Source: Candidatus Latescibacterota bacterium (GTDB lineage: Bacteria; Latescibacterota; UBA2968; UBA8231). Taken from it: DNA of 64,000 bases. Shown one piece after another: positions 9,020 to 18,595 of this stretch; position 1 is the stretch's first letter; every line of letters starts with the position of its first letter. The DNA is taken from NCBI GenBank assembly GCA_965197905.1, contig CBDAOB010000005.1, positions 1,504,001 through 1,568,000 of the forward strand, written 5' to 3'. The position numbers were made by a program, and so were the translations under genes. A model generated the notes under the pieces. It was given only the letters and a program-made list of their open reading frames with translations. It was not told the DNA's origin and made no database searches.

Positions 9020-11812
9020 CTATTTTCCGGGCTCTATCATCCACTCGGGGAGCGTGATCCGATATTTGTAGAACCCGTCCACCGGTTCAAACGATACGTC
9101 CTGATCTACCGTGTGGGCCGATCGAAGGGATTCGGGTTCATCATCGGACGTGAATCCGAGGACGCGAAGCCGCGGCGTTCTGCGGTCCGACCAGAAATGA
9201 TTGGTGCGAACTAGGATGTCGCCGGCGCAGTCCATGGGGATAATATCGATCTCCCAATTCCTTTGGAGCAGCAGCGCGGCGCCATTCAAGGTGATGGGCC
9301 CAATGTCCATGCGGTTACCGCGCGTGTCGACGAAGAGATAGTCCGAACATTGGGCGAAGTCGATTCGGCCCCTCCCCGCGTTCGCCGAGTACGCCAGAAC
9401 TTCGTCCTCGTTGTGCGCGAGGAAAGAGCCGGGCGGCAAGGTGAAGGATTGTCCCAGTTGCTCGATCTTCCATTCGTCGTCCCAGCTGCCGTTAGCAAAA
9501 ACTCGCAGGCCGTTTTCGTAGGTCACACAAATCTGGCTGCGTTCGTACGCACCGGAAATGAGCGCATCGGTCGTTTCGAGCAGGTTCCCGTCATTGTGGT
9601 ATTGGATCTGCTGAACCGGCACTCCGATATATTGGGTCTGCAGGTTCTGCAGGAGATAATACGCCTTGACTACCGACTCCAGGCCCCAGCGTTCCAGGTC
9701 TGGTAATAGGCAGGCGTGCCCATACGCCGCGGTCGCGGTCAGGTAGCGGATCAGGTAGTCGCTTCGACTGTGGCGTTGATTCTCCGGAACTTCACCGTCA
9801 AAGAAAGCATCGATGGTGCCGACGCCGGCCAGGGTGCCCGACCGATGAAGGTTGCATAAATCAAAGTCGACGAGAGTAGCGCGCTTGCTGGGATTGGGTC
9901 CAGACAGGGGGGCGAGGTTGCCATTAAGCAATCCGGCATAGAGCCAATGCGTACCACCAGCGCCAACGGTCGGGTGTTCCTGGACGACCTGCTTCAGCAG
10001 CGCGTGCTCAGCCGCCAGCGTGTCGATGAATCTCGAGGCGTGCGGCAGTCTGCTGTCGTGGTCGACGCGGTCCCATGGCGGACTGTCTGTGTGGGCGTCG
10101 AGAAAGGTCGCATGATTGGAAAAGTTGTCCGCAATATTGCCGACATGTCCGTCAGCAAGCTCTCCTGCGCGGGCAGGTTTGACGAGAAATCGGCCAGATT
10201 CGGATCGCGATAGATTTCCGTCCGGCCCTTGTGCCGCCAGGTCTGGAGTCCATTTGTCGCTGAGAGGTGACACGTCGCGGAAGTTAGTGCTCAGACAGAA
10301 GCTGTGACCGAGATCGCCTAAGGCTTCAAGGTATTCGGCCAGGGCGTCATTGCCGCCTTTGGCTGCGGCACCCGTGGTGGTCAGGGTTGCGTTCCCGTCG
10401 CCGTCGTGCCAGGTGTCGTCCGAATGCACGATCAACAGATGCTCCAGGCCCCGTTGCCTCAGGGTGAGCAGATTTTCGTACGCCTCGACATAACTTTCCT
10501 CGGTGGGAGGCAGTGCGCCCACGTGGTACCAGACGAGTCGGCCGAGTTCCCATTCCGAGTCACTTCCGGCAGCGGGAACCACCGGCACTACCTCCTCGAA
10601 ACGGCGCGATGCGGTAACGACGATCGACTCCCGCAACGGGGTGCGCTTACCTGTAGTATCGGGCAGATACCGGCATCCTCCGTTGAGACGCAGAGACTTC
10701 TGGGCTTCCTCCGCCGATGGTGCGTGGAGGGTCGTTGCTTCCGAATCGTAGATGTCCAACAGCACCGACACGAACACCCCATTGGTGCATAGGATGTGCG
10801 GATCTTCTTCGCCGAAGCTGAAGTACGGGACGCGGAACAGTCGCGGATGGCTGGCACCCGTAATGCGCCCCAGCTCGATCCCTGTTGCCCGTCCGCCGCC
10901 CCCTTCCATGGAAACGACGAGTGTCTTGCCTTCGATATGCATACGGTAGAGGAAATCAATCTGTTCGTCTCCGAGTTTCCACTGCCAGCGTGCTTCGACC
11001 CTTTCGTCTATGATTTCGCACGAGACGAAGTGACGTTGAACCTCTTCATCATCTGCAGACCATTCACGTCCACCCATTTCGACGGTGATGCCGCCCCCGT
11101 CGAACGGATTTATGGGATCTGAATTGTTGATTTCCATTTCCAGATCGAGCAGAGTGCCGTCGATCGGGGTGTAGATGTAGCGGACCACCGCAGACAAAGA
11201 TCGGGACTCCATCACAAAGGATATCCCATCCTTGGAGACGCTGTTCGAAATCTCCTCGTCCTCGGCGCGCTGCAGTACCAAATGCGATGGCAATGCCCCC
11301 CGAGGCGCTTCGGTTACGGCTGGCAGCTGGGCGGTCTGAGGATCCAGGAAATCGAGACCCGCGAGCTGGACCGATACCTCCTGCCGGGCAAAAATGCCTC
11401 TGAGCGCAATGCCCTCGATGTTTGCCGATCCGGTATCCAACAAGCCATGGAAATACTGCCACCCACGGCCACCCACACTCCCCAACATGTGCTCCTTGTT
11501 TTCACCGAAGATCAATACGAGTTGGGGCAGGTGTTCGGGGTCGAACGCCGGATCGCAGTTCAACCAGATGCTTGCAGATTCTTTGCCTGTGGGAATCGGA
11601 ATGGGCTCAGGAGGTCGTATGACAATCTGACCCGCTCCGGTTATACTGAGCTGCTGAGTGTGGTCTTCTCCGATCCCGCCCAGCTGAACGGTGGTTCCGT
11701 CCTGGGCCTGAATATCCCAGGACTCCAGATCGGTGAAGTCGATCGCCGGCGACCCGCGCATCGGCACAGGCAAATCCATCGTGTCGCTTTGTTCATTCGG
11801 CGGGGTGTTCAA
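9020..11812 (-). CDS. Large DUF5696/GH101-like TIM-barrel protein, probably catalytically degenerate
   Basis: FLDAHT..PW..VDHDSR and G(A)GGTHWLYAGL resemble the D-x-HT..PW..DYD and SEG..HW.Y.GL segments of this family; no signal peptide. Confidence 0.6.
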   Translation of the reverse strand: MNTPPNEQSDTMDLPVPMRGSPAIDFTDLESWDIQAQDGTTVQLGGIGEDHTQQLSITGAGQIVIRPPEPIPIPTGKESASIWLNCDPAFDPEHLPQLVLIFGENKEHMLGSVGGRGWQYFHGLLDTGSANIEGIALRGIFARQEVSVQLAGLDFLDPQTAQLPAVTEAPRGALPSHLVLQRAEDEEISNSVSKDGISFVMESRSLSAVVRYIYTPIDGTLLDLEMEINNSDPINPFDGGGITVEMGGREWSADDEEVQRHFVSCEIIDERVEARWQWKLGDEQIDFLYRMHIEGKTLVVSMEGGGGRATGIELGRITGASHPRLFRVPYFSFGEEDPHILCTNGVFVSVLLDIYDSEATTLHAPSAEEAQKSLRLNGGCRYLPDTTGKRTPLRESIVVTASRRFEEVVPVVPAAGSDSEWELGRLVWYHVGALPPTEESYVEAYENLLTLRQRGLEHLLIVHSDDTWHDGDGNATLTTTGAAAKGGNDALAEYLEALGDLGHSFCLSTNFRDVSPLSDKWTPDLAAQGPDGNLSRSESGRFLVKPARAGELADGHVGNIADNFSNHATFLDAHTDSPPWDRVDHDSRLPHASRFIDTLAAEHALLKQVVQEHPTVGAGGTHWLYAGLLNGNLAPLSGPNPSKRATLVDFDLCNLHRSGTLAGVGTIDAFFDGEVPENQRHSRSDYLIRYLTATAAYGHACLLPDLERWGLESVVKAYYLLQNLQTQYIGVPVQQIQYHNDGNLLETTDALISGAYERSQICVTYENGLRVFANGSWDDEWKIEQLGQSFTLPPGSFLAHNEDEVLAYSANAGRGRIDFAQCSDYLFVDTRGNRMDIGPITLNGAALLLQRNWEIDIIPMDCAGDILVRTNHFWSDRRTPRLRVLGFTSDDEPESLRSAHTVDQDVSFEPVDGFYKYRITLPEWMIEPGK

Positions 11813-11918
11813 TCTCTTGGACTCCGCGATTGCTGTTTCGGTCGGTCGAATCAGGCAGGGTCAATCCGTCCCAAACGCCCTATTTATCGAATATTTACGT
11901 AGATTTAGGCAAGCCAGC

Positions 11919-11947
11919 AAAATAGGTTAATCGGCAGGAGGTGTCAA
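11919..11947 (-). promoter_or_regulatory. Sigma70-type promoter for the 11812->6161 cluster
   Basis: Minus strand TTGACA-N17-TATTTT. Confidence 0.55.
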
Positions 11948-12037
11948 GATTGCGCAGGCCCCTTGGATTCTCCTCAGTCAGGGTCCATAACCCATTGTTT
12001 ATATTATGCATACGAGCTACTCAGGCGGGGACCTAAA

Positions 12038-13276
12038 GTGGAGGATTTCAACGCCGCTCAAGTAGCGGTTATCGGAGGTGGGGCCGCGGGGTTGATGGCG
12101 GCGATTTCGGCGGCTCTAAAGGGCAGATCGGTCGTCCTGCTCGAAGGGAATCACCGGCTAGGTCGCAAAATCCTGATCTCCGGGAACGGGCGCTGTAATC
12201 TGACCAATCGGGACGCCGACGCCGTGGTGCACTATTACGGGACCTACCCGGATTTCGTCGACGCGGTTCTGCGTCGATATTCGGTGGACGACACCCTGAC
12301 GTTCTTCGCCGATTTGGGATTGGAATGCAAGACTGGTACTCTTGGTCGTTTGTTTCCAGTAACCGACCAAGCTTCCTCGGTTTTGAACCTGCTGGAAGAC
12401 CGATTGAGTGCGCTCGGGGTCCAGATAGTCACGGACGCAAAGATCACCACGCTCCGACTGGGCAAGAGATTCGAGCTGGAGACCAGTAGGGGCGATGTCT
12501 GGAACGCAGATCGAGTCATCCTCGCCACCGGAGGCGTCAGTGTCCCAAAACTCGGGGCCGATGCCAGCGGCATGGAGATGGCTGCCAATTTCGGACATAT
12601 CCAGACACCTCTCTACCCCGGGCTCGTCCCTCTCTGCGGCGGCGATAAGCATATTCATTCCATGCACGGCGCCAAGGTGAACGCAGCGCTCTCGGTCACC
12701 ACTCCGAACAGCGATGTACATCGCGATGAGGGTGATTTGCTGTTTACGAAGTACGGGATATCCGGGCTCGCCGTTCTCAACTTGAGCGCCAGAATCGTAC
12801 CCTACTTGGAGACGAGCAGTCTCGAATGTCTGGCCAACTTGCTCCCAGGACGCTCACCGGAAGAGGTGAGCTTGAACCTGAAGGAACGCTGGACGCGAAA
12901 CAGCCACCACAGCGTTGCCCTGAGTCTGGCATCCATCTTGCCGGACAGAATCGCCCAAGGCGTGCTGGACCTGTTGCAGATACCGCGCGAAACAGCGGTC
13001 TCGGGGCTGTCCAAAGCCGTGCGATGGCAGATTGCGAACACACTGACCGGACTTTCGGTGAAGATTTACAAACCTCGGGCATTCGAATTCGCGGAGGTGA
13101 CGATAGGGGGCATCAAATCTGGCGACGTGGATCCTCATACGATGGAGTCAAAGTTGGTTCCGGGGCTCTATTTCGCAGGAGAAATGTTGAACGTCCACGG
13201 CGATCTTGGTGGCTACAATTTTCAATGGGCCTGGTCCAGCGGGTACGTTGCCGGCTCAGAGGCAGGAGCCCCGTGA
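12038..13276 (+). CDS. HI0933/YhiN/BaiN-family flavoprotein
   Basis: GGGAAG, GRKILISGNGRCNLTN, LATGG, GLYFAGE..GGYNFQWAWSSG. GTG start at 12038 inferred. Confidence 0.92.
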   Translation: MEDFNAAQVAVIGGGAAGLMAAISAALKGRSVVLLEGNHRLGRKILISGNGRCNLTNRDADAVVHYYGTYPDFVDAVLRRYSVDDTLTFFADLGLECKTGTLGRLFPVTDQASSVLNLLEDRLSALGVQIVTDAKITTLRLGKRFELETSRGDVWNADRVILATGGVSVPKLGADASGMEMAANFGHIQTPLYPGLVPLCGGDKHIHSMHGAKVNAALSVTTPNSDVHRDEGDLLFTKYGISGLAVLNLSARIVPYLETSSLECLANLLPGRSPEEVSLNLKERWTRNSHHSVALSLASILPDRIAQGVLDLLQIPRETAVSGLSKAVRWQIANTLTGLSVKIYKPRAFEFAEVTIGGIKSGDVDPHTMESKLVPGLYFAGEMLNVHGDLGGYNFQWAWSSGYVAGSEAGAP

Positions 13277-13291
13277 GAGCACTTTGCGCGA

Positions 13292-13320
13292 TTGACACTT
13301 TTAGGTGTCGCCGCTACACT
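13292..13320 (+). promoter_or_regulatory. Sigma70-type promoter with an inverted repeat over the -35 element
   Basis: TTGACA-N17-TACACT; GACAC-N6-GTGTC at 13294-13309. Confidence 0.65.
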
Positions 13321-13432
13321 CTTGCAGCGATGTTTCAGGTCGCTGTGATTGGCCATCAAATCTACGCCCCCAAGCGCCATCCTCGCGTTGCGCGGGGCTG
13401 GTTCCGTCAGTAAGTGGCCAGGCGCATCCAGT

Positions 13433-14050
13433 ATGCAAGCGAGATCGCACCTTCCCACCGGGATCATTCTTGCCGCCGGGCTTTCGAGCCGCATGCACCG
13501 TCCGAAGCAGCTTCTTCCCTGGGGTTCCGGCACTGTAATCGAAGAAATAGCGAGTCGCGTACGTGGCAGGTTGCCGGAAACCATTGTCGTTCTCGGGCAT
13601 CTTGCGCACAAGATATCACCCATGCTGTCGGCAGTGGACGTGAAGATCGTCGTAAACCAGGATTATGAGCATGGAATGCTCTCGTCCGTACAATGCGGCA
13701 TCGCGGCAGCAACGGGAGCTTCGGCATACCTCATTTTTCTCGGTGATCAGCCGGTTGTCGACGATGAGGTCATCGACGCGGTCGTCAACGCTTTCGAGGA
13801 AACCGGCCGCGGAATCGTCATTCCGGTATTCGGGGGCAAACGCGGACACCCCGTTTTGATCAGTTCGCATTACGCCGAAGAGATATTGGCTTTGGGGGAT
13901 GGGGAAGGGCTGAATGTGGTGACTCGTGGGCATCCGCGGGATACCCTTGAGGTTGCGGTCGAGACCGCAACCGTATTGGAGGACATGGATACGCCTGACG
14001 ATTATCAACGGGCGCTGAACAAACACGGCGAGTTAGGGGAATATGGATGA
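13433..14050 (+). CDS. mocA: Molybdenum cofactor cytidylyltransferase-like nucleotidyltransferase
   Basis: ILAAGLSSRM..PKQLL, FLGDQP, RGHPVL, DMDTPDDY; adjacent to xdhC. Confidence 0.85.
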   Translation: MQARSHLPTGIILAAGLSSRMHRPKQLLPWGSGTVIEEIASRVRGRLPETIVVLGHLAHKISPMLSAVDVKIVVNQDYEHGMLSSVQCGIAAATGASAYLIFLGDQPVVDDEVIDAVVNAFEETGRGIVIPVFGGKRGHPVLISSHYAEEILALGDGEGLNVVTRGHPRDTLEVAVETATVLEDMDTPDDYQRALNKHGELGEYG

Positions 14051-15140
14051 TGTGATAAGCGAGGTTGCCGGGCTGCGCGAAACTAACGAGCGAGGTGCCC
14101 TGGCTTCGCTCATATGGAGCAGCGGATCGATCCCGATGAGCGAGCGGGCAAAGATGCTCGTTCGATCCGGCGGAGAGGTGGCGGGAACCATTGGTGGGGG
14201 ATGTCTGGAGGCGGAAATCATTGCGGTGGCGTCCGAAGTCCTGGCAGACGGTGAGGCCCGCATAACCCACTATACCATGACCGAGCAGCAGGCGGGGGAA
14301 AGCGGTCTCAATTGCGGAGGCACCGTACGTATTCTGACGGAAGCGATTGACCCTCAACGTGACGCCCCCCTCTACGCCACCGTGATCTCGACCCGCCGGG
14401 AACGCCGCAGCTGCGCCCTTGCCACCACTGTCGGCGGGCCGAAGACCAATAAACTGCTGATTCGTGAGGATGGTTCTACCAGCGGAGATCTCCAAAACGA
14501 CATTGCACGGCAGATGGTGGGGGACGGGTTGTCGGAGGCTCTGAACGGAGACGGCGGTTTGTTGCTGGAACTACCCGCGTCCGGCCGCGCTGGGGAGGCG
14601 CCCGAAAATCAGGAGGTTTTTGTCGAACCGTTTCTTCCGGCTCCCGAGCTTTTCGTATTTGGCGGGGGGCACGTTGGTGGAGAGATCGCGAAACTGGCAG
14701 CCAATGTCGGATTCTCCGTAACCATCATCGACGACAGACCCACGTTTTCCAACGCCAAGAGGCATCCAACGGTGGAACGCTGTCTCGTCGCGTCGGTGGA
14801 AGAGGTGTTTTCACAGTTCGTGTTTGATCGCTATTCGTACGTGGTGGCAGCGACTCGTGGCCATAGGGAAGACGAGGTCGTGGTGGAAGCGGCGGTTCGC
14901 ACGCAGGCACGGTACATCGGGATGCTGGGAAGCGAGCGCAAGAAAATGGTACTGTGGAAACGCCTCGCCGAGCGGGGGGCGCCCGCCGCTCGGCTAGCGC
15001 AGGTGTTTGCGCCCATCGGGCTGAATATCGGAGCCGACAATCCACAGGAGATTGCGGTCAGCGTCGTAGCGGAACTAATAGAGGTGCGTCGAGGGACGAA
15101 GAAGATTTGGAAGACGAAAGCGCCGAACCCGTCGGCCTAA
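14043..15140 (+). CDS. xdhC: XdhC/CoxI-family molybdoenzyme maturation factor
   Basis: GTIGGGCLEA, GLNCGG, FGGGHVG, YIGMLGS, APIGLNIGADNPQEIAVS. Confidence 0.93.
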   Translation: MDDVISEVAGLRETNERGALASLIWSSGSIPMSERAKMLVRSGGEVAGTIGGGCLEAEIIAVASEVLADGEARITHYTMTEQQAGESGLNCGGTVRILTEAIDPQRDAPLYATVISTRRERRSCALATTVGGPKTNKLLIREDGSTSGDLQNDIARQMVGDGLSEALNGDGGLLLELPASGRAGEAPENQEVFVEPFLPAPELFVFGGGHVGGEIAKLAANVGFSVTIIDDRPTFSNAKRHPTVERCLVASVEEVFSQFVFDRYSYVVAATRGHREDEVVVEAAVRTQARYIGMLGSERKKMVLWKRLAERGAPAARLAQVFAPIGLNIGADNPQEIAVSVVAELIEVRRGTKKIWKTKAPNPSA

Positions 15141-16141
15141 GCAACGTCGGTGTCGCCGCCTGCCAGGTGGACCAGCCGAATCCAGCCCGCAGGGCCGACA
15201 TCGAGAACAACACCACACGCATGCTGGATATGGCTGAGATGGCGACCGTGGGCTACGAGCCGTTCATGCCGATTAAGCTGGTGGTATTTCCCGAGTTCGC
15301 ACATGCGGCCCCGGTGTATCCCACCGCCAAACAACTGCTGCAGCACCTCACCGTCCCCATTCCCAACGAACACACCGAGCGCTACGAAGCTAAAGCGAAG
15401 GAGCTGGGCATCTACATACAGACCGGAAGCTTCCTAGAGGAGGATGCCAGGTGGCCTGGAAAGGTGTTTAATGCCACCTGCCTAATCGGTCCCGAAGGAA
15501 TTCTTTTGAAATACCGCAAGGTAAATCCGTGGATACCCTGGGAGGTGCATGCCAGCCCCCACGATATAGAGGGCTATGATGAGGAGCTCTTTCCGGTAGC
15601 GCGCACAACGATCGGTTGTATCGGCGTGGCCATCTGCTACGACTGGTTCTTCCCCGAGCCTTTGCGCCAACTTGCGGCAAACGGGGCCGAGATTCTCCTC
15701 AGGGTCTCGGCCTACATGGATCCCTGGGGTGCCACTCCACCCATGGATTGGTGGACCGTGGTCAATCGTGCCCGCGCCCTGGAGAATACCTGTTTCGTGG
15801 TCGCCGCCAACCAGGGTGCCTCGCTGGCGCACTATGCGCCCTTCTCCTGGCCAGGTGGGAGCATGATCGTGGATTATGACGGTCGTATCCTGGCTCAGGC
15901 AGACCCGGGTCCAGGCGAAAAGATCGTCGCCACCGCGATCGATCTGGGCACCTTGCGGGCAGAGCGGGAACGCCGGCGCGGACACCTGCCACTCGCCCAT
16001 CTGCGCTCGGAAGCGTATGGGGTCTACGACAGCGGATACTTCCCCCAGGGTCGTCTCACCGCCAGCGATGATTGCACCGTCGAGATGAACGATGCCGCAA
16101 TCGCCGAGGCCAAGAGCCGGGTGCGACGCCATGGTGATTAA
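15107..16141 (+). CDS. Carbon-nitrogen hydrolase (nitrilase/amidase superfamily)
   Basis: E-K-C triad in FPEF, YRKV and ICYD. TTG start at 15107 inferred; exact start uncertain. Confidence 0.88.
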   Translation: MEDESAEPVGLSNVGVAACQVDQPNPARRADIENNTTRMLDMAEMATVGYEPFMPIKLVVFPEFAHAAPVYPTAKQLLQHLTVPIPNEHTERYEAKAKELGIYIQTGSFLEEDARWPGKVFNATCLIGPEGILLKYRKVNPWIPWEVHASPHDIEGYDEELFPVARTTIGCIGVAICYDWFFPEPLRQLAANGAEILLRVSAYMDPWGATPPMDWWTVVNRARALENTCFVVAANQGASLAHYAPFSWPGGSMIVDYDGRILAQADPGPGEKIVATAIDLGTLRAERERRRGHLPLAHLRSEAYGVYDSGYFPQGRLTASDDCTVEMNDAAIAEAKSRVRRHGD

Positions 16142-16157
16142 ACGCCGAGGTCACTGA

Positions 16158-16796
16158 ATGGGTCCAACAGATACAACTCATGAGCGCGGACGGAAAAAAC
16201 CGGTGACTGGAGAAATAGCAGCCATCGCCACAAAGTCCACAGAATCTCCGCGGGACAGCGACCGGGAGTTGGTCGACCGATTCAAAGCGGGCGAGGAACG
16301 CGCCTTCAACGAGATCGTTCGCCGCTACCAGGAACGCATTTTTGCTTTTGTCTTCCGCATGGTTCACGACTTTGACGATGCCAGTGATCTAGCCCAGGAG
16401 GCCTTTATCAAAGCCCATGCCAAGATCGGGGGGTTTCGAGGGGATTCTGGGTTATATACGTGGCTCTATAGAATTGCGTTAAATATAACTATTAACTTCT
16501 TGCGCAAGAAAAAGTTAAGGACGTTTGTGAGGTTCGATGGGCTGTCCGAGACCCTCTTCAGCCCGGGCGGGCCCGAAACCGATCTCCAACAGTCCCAGCT
16601 GCAGCATCAGGTGGATGCCGCGATTGCCCTGCTGCCGGCACGTCAACGGAGTATCTTCGTTTTGCGGTATTACGACCGGATGTCTCACAAAGAGATTGCC
16701 AGAATCGTGAAACGAACAGAGGGCAATGTCCGCGCCGGGTACTTTCATGCGGTGAAGAAGCTGCAGGTTCTCCTGAGCGATGTGGTGGCGAAATGA
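16158..16796 (+). CDS. ECF sigma-70 factor
   Basis: Region 2 (DLAQEAFIKA..FRGDS..YTWLYRIA) and region 4 HTH (LPARQRSIFVLRY..SHKEIA). Confidence 0.93.
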   Translation: MGPTDTTHERGRKKPVTGEIAAIATKSTESPRDSDRELVDRFKAGEERAFNEIVRRYQERIFAFVFRMVHDFDDASDLAQEAFIKAHAKIGGFRGDSGLYTWLYRIALNITINFLRKKKLRTFVRFDGLSETLFSPGGPETDLQQSQLQHQVDAAIALLPARQRSIFVLRYYDRMSHKEIARIVKRTEGNVRAGYFHAVKKLQVLLSDVVAK

Positions 16797-17329
16797 GAGT
16801 TGAATCCGGTTGTCGAGAAGAAGCCGTCCTGCTGCAATTCCTGGACGAAGCGCTCGAGCCTGAGTTGCGCGTGAAACTTCAGCACCACCTCGATATCTGT
16901 CTGTCATGTCGGTACCGCCTGGAAGGTCTCCGGGCGACGCTGGACCTGGCTGACAAGGCATCGACGCCGACTCCGAATCCGTTGTTCGCCAGCGGTTTTT
17001 CATACAAGGTGCGGCAGGGCATTGAAAAGCGCCGTCGCCGGAACGGGCAGGTGCGTTTCGCGGCCGGAATCGCGGCTGTCTGCGGCTGCCTCTTGGGCGC
17101 CGTTTGGCTCTCCGCACCGTCCACCCGTGTCCCCGAATTCGAGACGCCGCGATTGCAGGAAGTCGCCATCCAGGGCAGCGACGAAGTCGGGTCCGTAGAC
17201 GACTCCGGCGAGGAGCTTGTTTCGTTGATTGATAGCTATCTCTTGGAGACAGCTTCGACGGACGAGTTGATGGGGCAGATGGAGGTTCTCGACTCGAGGG
17301 AGCTCGTCGCCATGATTGAGGAGGACTAA
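16793..17329 (+). CDS. Zinc-binding (ZAS) transmembrane anti-sigma factor
   Basis: HLDICLSC (HxxxCxxC), one TM helix, ATGA overlap with the sigma gene. Confidence 0.85.
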   Translation: MRVESGCREEAVLLQFLDEALEPELRVKLQHHLDICLSCRYRLEGLRATLDLADKASTPTPNPLFASGFSYKVRQGIEKRRRRNGQVRFAAGIAAVCGCLLGAVWLSAPSTRVPEFETPRLQEVAIQGSDEVGSVDDSGEELVSLIDSYLLETASTDELMGQMEVLDSRELVAMIEED

Positions 17330-17331
17330 CT

Positions 17332-17832
17332 ATGGCTAAACTACGCCTGTTGTTGTCGGTGTTTGTGGTGATGGCAACCGCGGCTGTCTGCCTGGCGCAG
17401 GAACGTCCTCGCTTCCAAATGAACACGGAGCGCATGCATCTGATCAAGCTCTGGAGATTGGTTGACGAACTTGAGGTGGATGAGGAGCAGGCCGCGACCT
17501 TCTTCCCGGTTTGGAGCAAACACCAACGGGAGCGCAAGGGGATCCTCGACCGGCGCAAGGTGGCGTCCGAGGAACTCTCGAAGCTTCTCGAGGCAGATTC
17601 CGACGAGAAAATCGCGGACCAGCTGAGTAAAGTTCGCGATATCGATGCGGAACTACAGCTATTGGACGGCGATTTCAAGGAGAGACTTAGCGGTATCCTA
17701 TCGATCAACCAACAGGCCAGACTGCTGCTCTTCGAGGACCGCTTCCGAAGCGACCTGCGCAATCTCGTACGTGATTTTCAGGGTATGCGCAGAGGCAGAG
17801 GGAGAGCGCCAGGTTGGAAGCGGCCAGAGTGA
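17332..17832 (+). CDS. Periplasmic Spy/CpxP/CnrX-like helical sensor protein
   Basis: Signal peptide; L.VDEEQ..F and ILSINQQARL repeats; third gene of the ECF module. Confidence 0.7.
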   Translation: MAKLRLLLSVFVVMATAAVCLAQERPRFQMNTERMHLIKLWRLVDELEVDEEQAATFFPVWSKHQRERKGILDRRKVASEELSKLLEADSDEKIADQLSKVRDIDAELQLLDGDFKERLSGILSINQQARLLLFEDRFRSDLRNLVRDFQGMRRGRGRAPGWKRPE

Positions 17833-17899
17833 TCGCCCTATTCATAGCGCCAGGGTCTCGGCGGCATTGCCGGTGGTCCGCCGGTGAATCGCGAGTCTG

Positions 17900-18595
17900 T
17901 TGAAACGCTACACCTCAAAACAGATCCAGCGCACCATTTCGAAGTTCCCCACGAAACAGACCGACGTCCAGGTAGCAGACGATCTGTGCCTCCACATTAC
18001 CGAAGCGGAGGACGCGTATGAATTGCTCGACGACCTGATCGAAAAAGAAACTCGATTTCAGCGCACTGAGCGGTTTCCGTACTGGGCAGAGCTCTGGCCC
18101 GCGTCTATCGGGTTGTCTAGATGGTTCTCCCGGCAAAAAGCAGACCTGCGGGCGACTTCTGCGCTGGAACTTGGCTGCGGGCTCGGACTGGTTGCGGTGA
18201 CCCTCTCGCGATTGGGTTGGCGTATAAGGGCGACCGATTTCGTCGAAGATGCACTCGTTTTTACGTCCCACAACGGAATCGCCAACCGTGCCGGAGGAAA
18301 TCTGAACGTGGCCTATTTGGATTGGAGCAGTCCCGTGGGTCAGCGCACCGATCTTCTGGTCGCGTCCGATGTTGCATACGACCGGAAGAACCATCCCTAT
18401 CTGAATCGGGTACTGCGCGCGTTGTTGAACGACGGAGGACAACTGATTCTGAGCGACCCGGGCCGCCCGGCTGCCCGTCCCTTTTTTGAGTTGTTGGAGG
18501 GCAGCGGATACCGCCACGAGCAAGAGTCGGTTGCGGTAACCTGGAAGAGCACCGAGCACAAAGTCGATATCCACCGGTTTCAAAAACCGGATTAG
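17900..18595 (+). CDS. Class I SAM-dependent methyltransferase, METTL21-like putative protein-lysine methyltransferase
   Basis: PYWAELWPAS, LELGCGLG, ASDVAY, LSDPGR. Confidence 0.8.
   Translation: MKRYTSKQIQRTISKFPTKQTDVQVADDLCLHITEAEDAYELLDDLIEKETRFQRTERFPYWAELWPASIGLSRWFSRQKADLRATSALELGCGLGLVAVTLSRLGWRIRATDFVEDALVFTSHNGIANRAGGNLNVAYLDWSSPVGQRTDLLVASDVAYDRKNHPYLNRVLRALLNDGGQLILSDPGRPAARPFFELLEGSGYRHEQESVAVTWKSTEHKVDIHRFQKPD

Noticed and set aside
13327..13432. Moco riboswitch upstream of mocA-xdhC
   Set aside because: Hairpins are present, but I could not match the conserved Moco RNA motif elements; kept only as a weak structured-leader note.
16515..17762. 415-aa minus-strand ORF
   Set aside because: Antisense to the well-supported ECF sigma, anti-sigma and sensor genes; Arg/Ser/Pro-rich shadow-frame composition.
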